DNA of 64,000 nucleotides from Candidatus Bathyarchaeia archaeon (GTDB taxonomy: Archaea > Thermoproteota > Bathyarchaeia > TCS64): positions 43,939-107,938 of the forward strand of contig JBEKDF010000004.1 of the NCBI GenBank assembly GCA_050014495.1, written 5' to 3'. The notes beneath the pieces are model-generated. The model saw nothing but the letters and a program-made list of their open reading frames with translations. It was not told where the DNA came from and searched no databases. The translations under genes and the position numbers were made by a program. Of this stretch, positions 9,329 to 18,903 are shown in pieces. The number at the start of each line of letters is the position of its first letter. Positions within the stretch are counted from its first letter, which is position 1.

Positions 9329-10189
9329 ATGGATTCTAAGTATCTAATTATTGGTCTTGTCGGATTCCTGATTGGAGGAGGTTCTATTTACTATTATATA
9401 ACTAGACAAAATGGTAATTTACCGACCAATATTAATCCCACCATAACTCTGACTCACATAAATGAAACAGAGATCAAGGTCGGGAGTGCACAAAAAATAT
9501 TGGCCATAGGCGCTGATCTCTCAACTGGAGACGCGGGTCATACACAGTTCTTCTCAAGCCTAAGATCAAAGGGATATACGGTAGACTCATTATCGAATGA
9601 TAGTGTCATAGATATTCCAACACTATCAAATTATGGTGTATTAATCATAGCCGGGAATAGAAACTATGGAATAAGTGATGGACCTCTAATAGCAGATTGG
9701 GTGAAAAAAGGTGGAAATATACTATTAATAGCCAATAATTTAGATGAAACGCGTGCCTCGTGGTGTAACCCTATGCTCGATGACTTCGGAATAGTTGTCA
9801 ACAACGATAACGTTCAAGCACCATTTTCCACCGCGGTTGGTTACATCGTTAAATATATTTACAAGCATGCTATCACAAACGGAATCACGAATATTGTTGT
9901 TCCTGTAGTTCAGGGAACACATAACACTGGATCTTGGACGGGTCCCGTTGATCTAACTATTGATTCATCAAAGGCTACAATGGTTGCACAAATTGGGGAA
10001 TCCGGTTACAGCAGCGCACATGCTATAAAACCACCCGTATTAGCTGTGTATGAGGGCACAGGGAAAGTTGTAGTAATAAGTGGAGCCGGTGATTACACTC
10101 CGTTCTCAAATGCCTACTTATCTTATGCGCAGATTGATAATTTGCAGCTTGGAATTAATATTATTGGGTGGTTCCAAAGCCCCGGTTAG
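9329..10189 (+). CDS. Membrane-anchored extracellular protein, possibly DUF4350/GATase1-like domain
   Basis: N-terminal TM, LSNYGVLIIAG, DWVKKGGNILL, GTGKVVVIS, DNLQLGINIIGW. AT-richer than its neighbours. Confidence 0.65.
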   Translation: MDSKYLIIGLVGFLIGGGSIYYYITRQNGNLPTNINPTITLTHINETEIKVGSAQKILAIGADLSTGDAGHTQFFSSLRSKGYTVDSLSNDSVIDIPTLSNYGVLIIAGNRNYGISDGPLIADWVKKGGNILLIANNLDETRASWCNPMLDDFGIVVNNDNVQAPFSTAVGYIVKYIYKHAITNGITNIVVPVVQGTHNTGSWTGPVDLTIDSSKATMVAQIGESGYSSAHAIKPPVLAVYEGTGKVVVISGAGDYTPFSNAYLSYAQIDNLQLGINIIGWFQSPG

Positions 10190-10727
10190 CCACATCAAGT
10201 TCACTAGACTATTGAAGTGCGCGATTTCTATGAACTTTTGTTCTAATTCATCGTCAGCAAGGCTCTTAAGCCCAGGCTAGCTTTGAGCAGTATTCGAGGG
10301 TGGAAATAGATAGGAGTTGCAACCTCCGCCCTTCTTTAAATCGATGGGGCTGAAGAGGCCCCCCAAAACTCGTTTAATATGGATCCTCTTTAGGGCTCCT
10401 TACCATAAGGAGTGTGTGCGTGAGGATCGGTACAAGTCTTAAGTACGCTATGAATCGATCGAATTCTAAACCAGGTGTTCACGAATTGCATAGAATAACC
10501 GCGCTAATACTGGGAATCCTATGATTATCAGCGATCGCCAACTCATTAACCATTCCTAGAGCGTCAAGCGCCAGATCGCGCGCGGATTTTGTCAATTACA
10601 TGAAGAGGACGAGACTCTTGATTTCAAGCGCCCCCGATTGAATTAATCTCAATCAGAGACACTTGTTGGAAAAAAACCATTTAACATTAATGATTGATCC
10701 CTTTAACTAGTCACTAGGTGAGTCAAA

Positions 10728-11693
10728 TTGAAGGCGACGGCCATCGCTCACCCCATTCAGGGGTTAATAAAATACCATGGGCTGAAAGACGTGGCTCTAA
10801 GAATTCCCTTCCACGATAGTATCTCCGTATGTTCAGATGCACTGGAAACCGTCACCACGGTTCAATTCGATGAGACTCTAATGGAGGATTCAGTTGTGAT
10901 CAATGATAATAGGGTCTCAGGTTCGGATCTTGATCGAATCATAGCGATTATTACCAGGCTTGCTATGATGGCGAAGAACAGCGATCACTTTAAGATAGTA
11001 TCTAAAAACAATCTTTCAAACGGTAAGGGCCTCGGTTTCTCGGCATCGGGATTCGCAGCGCTGGGGTTTGCCTCACGTGAAGCTCTTGAGCTCGACATCG
11101 ATGACATATCGCTCTCAGAGATAGTTAGGTTAGGGGCAGGTTCAGCTACTAGGAGTTTGGCTGGCGGTTTTTCGATTTGGTATGCGGATAAAGGAGGCAG
11201 GTCGTATGCTGAGCAGTTGGCGGGCCCCGATGCGATGGATTTCATGCAGGTCGTGATACCGATAGCCTCCGATGTGAAAACGGATGAGGCTCACATTGAG
11301 GTTCTCAGTTCACCCCTCTTCAAAGCTAGGTTAGATCACATCGAGGATATACTGAGTTCGATGAGGGCCGCAATTGCTAGTAAAGACGTTAAGATGATAG
11401 GCAGACTTGCTGAGGAGGACACGCTGAATCTTCACGCCATAACGATGACTGGCAAGTCTCACATAGTGTTATGGGAGCCAGATACAGTCCGGATTCTCAA
11501 GGAGGTGATTAGGATGCGGGCTGATGGTGTTTCTGCCTGGTACTCAATGGATACTGGTCCATCCGTCTTCGTGAACACCGACTCTGAGTACGTTAAGGAG
11601 GTCGCAAGGAGGATAGGTTCCCTGGATTTGTCCAATGTAATCATAAGTAGGGTTGGTGGCCCTCCAACTATATGTTATGAACACCTATTTTGA
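10728..11693 (+). CDS. mvaD: Phosphomevalonate decarboxylase, haloarchaeal type (GHMP/MvaD family)
   Basis: MKATAIAHPIQGLIKYHG...RIPFHDSISVC, KGLGFSASGFAA, RLGAGSA, SMDTGPSVFVN. Confidence 0.88.
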   Translation: MKATAIAHPIQGLIKYHGLKDVALRIPFHDSISVCSDALETVTTVQFDETLMEDSVVINDNRVSGSDLDRIIAIITRLAMMAKNSDHFKIVSKNNLSNGKGLGFSASGFAALGFASREALELDIDDISLSEIVRLGAGSATRSLAGGFSIWYADKGGRSYAEQLAGPDAMDFMQVVIPIASDVKTDEAHIEVLSSPLFKARLDHIEDILSSMRAAIASKDVKMIGRLAEEDTLNLHAITMTGKSHIVLWEPDTVRILKEVIRMRADGVSAWYSMDTGPSVFVNTDSEYVKEVARRIGSLDLSNVIISRVGGPPTICYEHLF

Positions 11694-11741
11694 ATCTAGT
11701 AAAAGAAGGCGCAGAGGATACGTGCGGGCGAAAAAAGGAGA

Positions 11742-12914
11742 CTAAGATGCTGTGACCTTGAAGGTCTTGAAACCCTCACTCATTAAATGAATCGTGTAGC
11801 TGTTTCCCTTGACCGGTGTCACAGCTACCTTGGGAGATTTATCTCGGCCATCAACATGTAGACTTATAACCCCGTTGAAGGTTAGCGTCGCCGAATTACC
11901 CGGCTTTAGGACCAATCTTGATGTGCCCCAGTCACCCATCGGATTCATGTCACCGAATATAGGAGTCAGGGTGTCACCACTGATTTTGAAGGGTATGGAG
12001 TCGGGTCTGTCCATCCCCATGAAGCCCCATGGCATACCACCCATGCCTGGCTTACCCGACTTGTCCTTTCCATTCTGCTGTCCATAACCTGCGATGGTAG
12101 AGGTGACGTTGAAGTCGCCACTGAGAGTGATGCTGGAGATCGTTGCGTTGGCTTTGCCAATGTTCTTGATGGTCACACTGAGAGTTGTGACGTTGCCCTT
12201 GACTGAGAGACTCGACGAAGTCACCGTAATGTTGTTCGAGGCTCTGCGGTACTCCTGACTCAGCTTGTTGTTATCATCATCGCCTATCCTCCATTTTGCG
12301 CCGACTTGTGTCTGAGTATCGAGAACGTTAGATTTGACTATCGCTGTTGCGCTCGGAGATAAAACGAAGTAGCTCACCAAGCTTCCAGTCGAGTTCATCG
12401 CGTTGATCTGGACGAGTGTTGGCCTTAGATCGATCAGGGCACCAGTCTTCGTTCCATTCAACTTCGTTTCTCTTAGTGAGACCAGTAGATTATCGGAGAG
12501 CATCGTCACTGGGTATACTTTATCGCTTACCTTCGCCTCAGCTGCGGAGATCTCGAACTGAAGTTTATCCACTGTTGAGCCTGTGGGAAGACTTAGAGTA
12601 GCAATTGTTTGGGTCATGTTTACAAGTGAGAGTAGATTTACCCTACCCGACTCTTGGGCTGCAACCCAATTTGATGAGCCGTCGCTGGCTACAACGTGGA
12701 GCTGGATGCTTGAATAGGTCACGTTAAGTTGAGTAGTTCCCCTTGGAACGTTTGGTGGGTCAGTTAGCATGACGAGGAAACTCGTCTGACCTGTTTGTGT
12801 TGTCATACTCGTTGGATTCAACGCCGTGTTGGCGTAGAGGGATGTCCCGATGATGGCCAGAGCCACAATAACCGCGGCTGCACCATACTTCAAGGAAAGT
12901 CTCTTCGTTGCCAT
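11742..12914 (-). CDS. Secreted DUF4382-like domain protein
   Basis: Signal/TM followed by VMLTDPP...LNVTYSSIQLH; Ig-like C-terminal domain. Confidence 0.7.
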   Translation of the reverse strand: MATKRLSLKYGAAAVIVALAIIGTSLYANTALNPTSMTTQTGQTSFLVMLTDPPNVPRGTTQLNVTYSSIQLHVVASDGSSNWVAAQESGRVNLLSLVNMTQTIATLSLPTGSTVDKLQFEISAAEAKVSDKVYPVTMLSDNLLVSLRETKLNGTKTGALIDLRPTLVQINAMNSTGSLVSYFVLSPSATAIVKSNVLDTQTQVGAKWRIGDDDNNKLSQEYRRASNNITVTSSSLSVKGNVTTLSVTIKNIGKANATISSITLSGDFNVTSTIAGYGQQNGKDKSGKPGMGGMPWGFMGMDRPDSIPFKISGDTLTPIFGDMNPMGDWGTSRLVLKPGNSATLTFNGVISLHVDGRDKSPKVAVTPVKGNSYTIHLMSEGFKTFKVTAS

Positions 12915-13021
12915 CTACATTTACCTAAACAATAGGCGTCTCGACTTTGTATATGATGCTACACATTTTAATGACTTTTCAGGGTATTTGAAGACCCGTT
13001 CAAGATCCTTGAATGGCGTTG

Positions 13022-13468
13022 TTAATCATTTGTTTGCCTGTTAGCGGAGTCAACAACTAGCCTACGCCACAACCTGAGAGACTCATACCAGAGGAGAACG
13101 ACCATCGCTAGGGAAGCTGTGATGAGATAAATCGTGAATCCAGTGGATAGGAGGGATTCAAGTGAAAAGAATACGATCAGGATCGTGAACAGAACGGCGA
13201 AGAAGAGGAACTGTGGAACCAGGGCAGTTCCCACCTTAACATATCCCTCCAAGATCTCGGTGGATGACTCCTCCGAGGCAACGTACCTGCCCTCCTCATC
13301 TTGTCTCACGTATCCGGCTTCGACGAGTCTACTAAGGTGGTACGATGCCAATGAAGGAGTTGATAGTCCTACGCCCCTCTGAACATCCCTGAGACCACTT
13401 GGACCATGTGTGACAAGGTAAAGGTACGTCCTTAGGGCGTTTCCTGTGATCTCTTTAGTTTTTTTCAA
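13022..13468 (-). CDS. Membrane-bound winged-HTH transcription regulator (HTH plus 2 TM)
   Basis: YLYLV...GLRDVQRGVGLSTPSLASYHLSRLVEAGYV followed by two TM helices. Confidence 0.8.
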   Translation of the reverse strand: MKKTKEITGNALRTYLYLVTHGPSGLRDVQRGVGLSTPSLASYHLSRLVEAGYVRQDEEGRYVASEESSTEILEGYVKVGTALVPQFLFFAVLFTILIVFFSLESLLSTGFTIYLITASLAMVVLLWYESLRLWRRLVVDSANRQTND

Positions 13469-13818
13469 GGCTGTTCACCTGGCGTACGTGATACCGTTTA
13501 TTACTTGAGTCGAGATCGATAGGGTGTCTCTTTCCAGTCCAATACGCCTACCATACCGTTCACGTTTGCGTAGCGTTGATGCCTGACCTCCGAGAGTAAC
13601 GCTTTGGTGAACAAGTTTTGGAGATGCTCCTATTGTTATAATATAAATCCCACAATGGAACAAGGTACCTTATAGCGTCTTCTGAATCAGAATATGTATC
13701 TAAAATCAATCAAATATCCACTTCTTAACTATAGTGTGTTCACGCTTTGGTAGTCTGAATCTTGGGTTTTCCTGTGGACAATATTTAGTGTTTATTTGTG
13801 GCTCTGTCGAGTGGCTAC

Positions 13819-14721
13819 TTAAATAACAACTTGCTCCCCAGGTACTCTTCTGAAAATTTGTACATCACCGACATGGCTAGCCTTTGTCAGGAACCTTACG
13901 AGTCTCTCGATCCCGAAGCCTGCTCCAGCTGAGGGTATAAATCCCTTCTTTGCCTCAGCGACGTAGGCGTCGTATATTCTCATGTTAAGTCTGTCTTTTC
14001 CCATCCTCTCAATGATGCGCTTGTAATCGTATTCTCGTTCCGCGCCGGATAGGGCTTCACCAAATCCCTGTGGGTATACGAGATCGTAGTTCAGGTAATG
14101 ACCGGGATTTGATTCATCCTCCTTATCGTAGAATTCTCTCTTGTGGCATAGAGCCCAGAATGGTTGTTCATTTGCAATCGATGCCTCTTTCTCCCAGTCT
14201 TTACCGTATTTGCTCTCTAATTCATGGGTTGTGTAAACCTTGAATGGTGTTTTGAACTCGAAGGGACGGACACCGATGCTCTCAAAGAGATCAAGGTAAT
14301 TCTTCAGCTTCTCACCTAGAAATTCGAAGTATTTACCCATCAAAGACATCACATCCTCCTTTTTACCATTCGCGATCTCAAAGTCTAGCTGGGTAAACTC
14401 AAACAGATGCTTTCCCGATACTATTCTCTCGGCCTTCTCTAGTCTAATGTTGGGAGAGAAGATGAAGATCTTACCGAGGTTCTTGACGGCAACCTGCTTG
14501 TGTAGAATCATCGAATTCATAGTGTAGAGAAGCATTCCATTGTACTCAATCTCAGGAGTCTTGATTATTGACGATCCTGGATCAGGGCCAAGGGGATCGG
14601 TGCTTCTACCCAGTATGACGGGTAGCAATTGAACAAAGCCTTGTTCGTGGAAGAAGTCCGAAGTAAGCTTTAGTACCGCACTTCCGATCTCGATTCTCGT
14701 TGTTAATTCTGGTACTTGCAT
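13819..14721 (-). CDS. Archaeal asparagine synthetase A (AsnRS-related, lacking the anticodon domain)
   Basis: TDPLGPD, SMILHKQ, SPNIRLE, HLFEFTQLDFE, REFYD, GEALSGAERE, SAGAGFGIERL. Confidence 0.88.
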   Translation of the reverse strand: MQVPELTTRIEIGSAVLKLTSDFFHEQGFVQLLPVILGRSTDPLGPDPGSSIIKTPEIEYNGMLLYTMNSMILHKQVAVKNLGKIFIFSPNIRLEKAERIVSGKHLFEFTQLDFEIANGKKEDVMSLMGKYFEFLGEKLKNYLDLFESIGVRPFEFKTPFKVYTTHELESKYGKDWEKEASIANEQPFWALCHKREFYDKEDESNPGHYLNYDLVYPQGFGEALSGAEREYDYKRIIERMGKDRLNMRIYDAYVAEAKKGFIPSAGAGFGIERLVRFLTKASHVGDVQIFRRVPGEQVVI

Positions 14722-15031
14722 CTAGATCTCAGAAAAACGTATCATCGCTGCATATTAAGATTTATACAATAATATTGGAGTAATTTCATTATAATAGTTT
14801 TTTTCATCATTGGAATTGTAATAAATACAAAAAATGATGCGAAGTTAAGAAACATGTATGGAGGCAAATTAGGATTTTTAATTGCGTTGAACATGTGCAC
14901 ACGAACTGTTATGAAGTTATTATTAGACCTTGTCGCTCACTATTCACAGCGATTATTTTACATGCTTTATTCTATTTTTAAGGGGCGTTCGTGCTTGCGA
15001 CACATGAATTTAGACTAGGTGATGATTGATA

Positions 15032-16135
15032 CTAGACATTGTTGATGATGTGCGAGAAAGCTGCTAGAATAATTGAGGTCATTATTAAGAATAATCCGGA
15101 GATGACCCCTATTATCAAAACGAATGCAGCTGGGAGGCTTAGTGTTTGGAGATTCAGGTATGTGGTGAGTAGGTAAGCTCCGGCGGAGATTCCGATAGCC
15201 AATGCGAATAGACCGGGGAGCCCGAAGAAGAGGTAAGATTTATTCGACATGGTTATTATGAAGCTTTGAGATGTTCCCTGGTCCTTCGGCTTTTCCTGGG
15301 TTTTTGATTGTTGAGTGACTCCTGTTTGGGATATGGGTGCCTCTTCCGTTTGTGTCTCGTAATCGTTTGTATTGAATGGTTCTCTCTGTATCTCGATCGG
15401 GACCTCCCTTAGGATGAGTCCGTTACCGGAGGCTATTCCAAGGATCCTAGAGTGGCTCTCTAGGACTTCTGTGGGGGCTGAGAGGAAGGCTCTTAGGGAT
15501 TTCTGGGAAAACGCCATGAAGATGCTCGGTAGATCATCTTCGTCGACTGTCTCGGATCGATTTGTTCCATTTGGTTGTTGGGTTCCAAAGACCACGTCTG
15601 CCTCTCTCGATTTGATTAGGGAGAGGATCTTCGGTATCTCTGAGGGTTGAAGGTTGGGGTCTACATCCATTATCAGGATCATTGCTGGGTCCAGTTCGAG
15701 TGAGCGTTCAAGGAGGGTTCGGAGTGTCGCGAGGCGTCCGAGGCTGGTCTCGTGTCGGATCACTGTGGCGCCTAGGCCTGCGGCTACTTGCCCCATGAGA
15801 TCTTCGGAGCCGTCATCGCATACTAGAATTCGGTCAAAGTATTGCTTAGATTTGATGATAAGTGGTCCTATCTCCTTCTCTTCGTTGTAGGCTGGGATGC
15901 AGAGAAGGGTTGTGATTGGTTTAATCGGGGGTTGTGGGGAGTGTATCAGTTGAGGCATGTATGTGGCCTCGTTTCTCGCTTCAACCATCTCAACACGTTG
16001 TGATGGGTTCGGAGGAGCCTCCGCTGAGGTTTTTGATTTTTTAGTTACTCGTTTTCTGTCTGGCTTTGAGATTGACTGCATCTTCTTTTTTACTACCTTC
16101 GTTTTAACGAAGTTTAATCCGCTATCTGTGTCCAT
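15032..16135 (-). CDS. Degenerate family-2 glycosyltransferase-like protein with two C-terminal TMs
   Basis: CIPAYNEE, VCDDGSED, VIRH; the usual DADGQH motif reads DVDPNL; low-complexity inserts. Confidence 0.7.
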   Translation of the reverse strand: MDTDSGLNFVKTKVVKKKMQSISKPDRKRVTKKSKTSAEAPPNPSQRVEMVEARNEATYMPQLIHSPQPPIKPITTLLCIPAYNEEKEIGPLIIKSKQYFDRILVCDDGSEDLMGQVAAGLGATVIRHETSLGRLATLRTLLERSLELDPAMILIMDVDPNLQPSEIPKILSLIKSREADVVFGTQQPNGTNRSETVDEDDLPSIFMAFSQKSLRAFLSAPTEVLESHSRILGIASGNGLILREVPIEIQREPFNTNDYETQTEEAPISQTGVTQQSKTQEKPKDQGTSQSFIITMSNKSYLFFGLPGLFALAIGISAGAYLLTTYLNLQTLSLPAAFVLIIGVISGLFLIMTSIILAAFSHIINNV

Positions 16136-16325
16136 GTATTAAACCCCTTAGAATTTCTTTACTGTTGGACCTGATTTTCCCCTAGTTCCATTTACTTGAT
16201 TAGAATAAAATGCATTATGGATATGTAATAGCTAATACGGATTTCAAAATAATGAATTGTATATCATGCGCGCGCGCACGTTGATTATAATTACGTCACA
16301 CAATCTTACTAGAGAAGTTGACCTT

Positions 16326-16571
16326 ATAAGTGCCACCGCAACTACCAAGAAAACCGACTATATCGCTGTGCTAGTCGCTTACATGAGCTTCGTCGTGCTG
16401 GGGATACCAAGCGCGATGCGCGCGCGCATCGGTATAGGTGTCTTTCCCGGCATCGCAGGGGTTCTTGCCGACCGCAGTAGCTTGGAGGCAATACTCTTCG
16501 TATTATTTGCGCTGTCAATCATGATGATGATCTTATACGAGTTGACTATTCGAGCGCATTTGGGGGTGTAG
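16326..16571 (+). pseudogene. MFS transporter remnant: TM1 fused directly to the last two TMs across a (GC)5 palindrome
   Basis: YIAVLVAYMSFVVLGIPSAM | RAR | IGIGVFPGIAGVLADRSSLEAILFVLFALSIMMMILYEL*. The probable start codon reads ATA. Confidence 0.7.
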
Positions 16572-16750
16572 CGGTCATTGAAGGATCGCGTTGATGAGTT
16601 TTAGGATGCGTATACGTGCGCGTAAACTATTACCTCACGTTTACAGGACCCTATATGATAACTCCGAGTTTTTTATATATACCGAGGTTTTCTCCAGTCT
16701 GTGATACGCGCGCGCATTTTATCTATTTGTAGGTGAGGCGCGCGCTCTGC

Positions 16751-17873
16751 TTATGTAGCATATGATAAGTTGAAGGCATTTGTGAGGCTTACTTTCGGTG
16801 TGATGCCATCACTTTTTACGAGGTCCCATGTCCACGACATTGTCCCCTTCCAGCCCCAGAAGTAGGCGGCGTTTACGCCCATGCTGTTGAGTTTAGCAAT
16901 GTGGCCACTCATGTAGTTGGCGGTTACTACGGGTGTGGTCGCGTAGCCATTCCACTCAGTCACATCGACCTTCTTCCCATTGGCGTGAGCCGTGTTGATG
17001 TAACTCTGGAGGTCATTCCACCCTGATCCCCAGACGGTGTAACTTGGGTTCCGGTGGTCTAGATACTCATTCACGAAGGCGACATCGAGGGTGTCAATAG
17101 TCTGTGATGTTGTGAATTTTTTAAGCCCAGAGAGGTCGAATCTGACTCCTACCAATACATCTGGCTTAATAGACTTGACGAATGCTCTCGCATCAGTCCA
17201 TAGCTGGACTGTCTGCGTCTTCTGTGTCGTCGTCATTGTGTATCTTGAGGGCTCATTCAGCACGGAAACGGATTCGATGGGAAGGTCGGATATCTTCTGT
17301 ATTGTATACCTGATCCAGTTGAGATACTGTGTCTTTCCTGATCCGTTGAGGATTAACCTAGTATTTCCTCCCAGATTGGTGGGGGTGGCGAATCCGCTAG
17401 TGCTTGATGGGAAGAGTGTGTGGAAGTCAAGATGGGCCTTGAGTTCGGCTGTAGCGGCGGCTTGTAGGACGTGGCGGAGTTTGGTATATTCGCTGGCGAT
17501 GTAGTTGTCATTTGATGATTCGTAGGTTCCCCAGTAGAGTACCACGCTCACTCGGTCCATTCCCGCTGACTTGAAGAGCTCGAAGTTGGCCGCGAAGCGG
17601 GTTGGTGAGTCTGACTCGTAGTCGGTCCGGTAGTTGACACCGAGGTCAATGCTTGAGTCTGTCGTTTTAATTGGGGTGATCGAGCTCTGCGTGTACACCG
17701 CCTTTAGAGTGTGAGATGAGCCCATTGTTATATAAATTGGGTTCAAGCTCACTGCGTTGTCCCCATCCTTGATCCAGTGGTCGAAATGGTACCTAGTAGA
17801 GAGTGTTGCTGTGACTTTTACGCTAGGTCCGCTTTGGTAAGTTCTTACGCCTGTTCCTGGGCTGGTTGAGCCA
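16751..17873 (-). pseudogene. 5'-truncated clan GH-A-like glycoside hydrolase preceded by a partial InlB-B-like repeat
   Basis: VLNEP acid/base and VDVTEW nucleophile motifs. The frame stays open upstream of 17752 as GSTSPGTGVRTYQSGPSVKVTATLSTRYHFDHWIKDG up to the (GC)5 at 17874, with no signal peptide. Confidence 0.7.
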
Positions 17874-18148
17874 GCGCGCGCGCACGTTTAAAATAATAAT
17901 AAAATATTAATATTAAAGGGACAAAATATGTTTAAATTTCATTTATTTGATAATTTCCCATTTTTCACGTTATTTTATTCGCGTGCGTTTGTAATAAGTG
18001 AGCGTGAGTGAATAACTGGGTCAGATTTTATAGTTATCCCCACCATCTCACGTTGGTCTTCCCAAGGCGTTCGGGCAAATGTATCCAGTGAGAATCTTTA
18101 TCCAGCTGTGCTTGTGTGGTAAGTCGGGTAGTCTTCTATAAGCATTTT

Positions 18149-18892
18149 TTAGAACGTGATATGGCAGGGGATATTCAGCTTCCCGAATTTCAATGAGAGC
18201 TCCTGTCCCATTTGATGGAAGTATTCATCACTGCGCTTATCCTCCAAGCCATATTTCCGATACACCCAGTCAGCGTAGTGGTAATTCATTCGATCAACCA
18301 AAACGTAGTCCACCTTCCCGGCTAGGAGTTCCGGGAGAGTCTCTGCCCCCGGGAGGATTGGCGCGATCATGGCGTAGGTCTTCACTTCGGCTCTATGGAA
18401 CTCGTCGAGGACCTTTATCCTTTCACCGATTGGGGGCGCGTTGGGCTCGAATAGCTTCCTAGTCTCATCCTCGGAGGTGGTCACCGTGAATCCGACCTCG
18501 AACTCCCTAGCCTCCTTGATGATGTCCATGTCACGTAAGACTAGTGGTGAACGCGTCTGAATTACCACCGGCCAATTGTGTTGCTTAAGTATCTCGAGGC
18601 ATCTCCGCGTTAGTTCGTATTTCTCTTCCAGCGGTTGGTATGGGTCGCAGACGCCGCTCACCCAGACTCTTCCACGCCTCTTCTTGCTGATCTCCACTCT
18701 TAGCAGGTCTGGGGCGTTTATCTTCACGTCGACGAATTCTCCCCAAGGCTCCCTGTGTCCGCTGAATCTCTTAATGAAGCGGGCGTAGCAGTAGGAGCAC
18801 CCGTGTTGGCAACCCGTGTAGGGGTTGATGACGTAGGTGTAGACCTTTGAGACGTTGAGGATTGATTTTGCCTGGACTTCCTTTACCATCAT
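18149..18892 (-). CDS. Radical SAM protein, spore-photoproduct-lyase-like family
   Basis: NPYTGCQHGCSYCYA, DPYQPLE, QTRSPLVLRD, FEPNAP. Confidence 0.9.
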   Translation of the reverse strand: MMVKEVQAKSILNVSKVYTYVINPYTGCQHGCSYCYARFIKRFSGHREPWGEFVDVKINAPDLLRVEISKKRRGRVWVSGVCDPYQPLEEKYELTRRCLEILKQHNWPVVIQTRSPLVLRDMDIIKEAREFEVGFTVTTSEDETRKLFEPNAPPIGERIKVLDEFHRAEVKTYAMIAPILPGAETLPELLAGKVDYVLVDRMNYHYADWVYRKYGLEDKRSDEYFHQMGQELSLKFGKLNIPCHITF

Positions 18893-18903
18893 GTCTTATC
18901 GTC

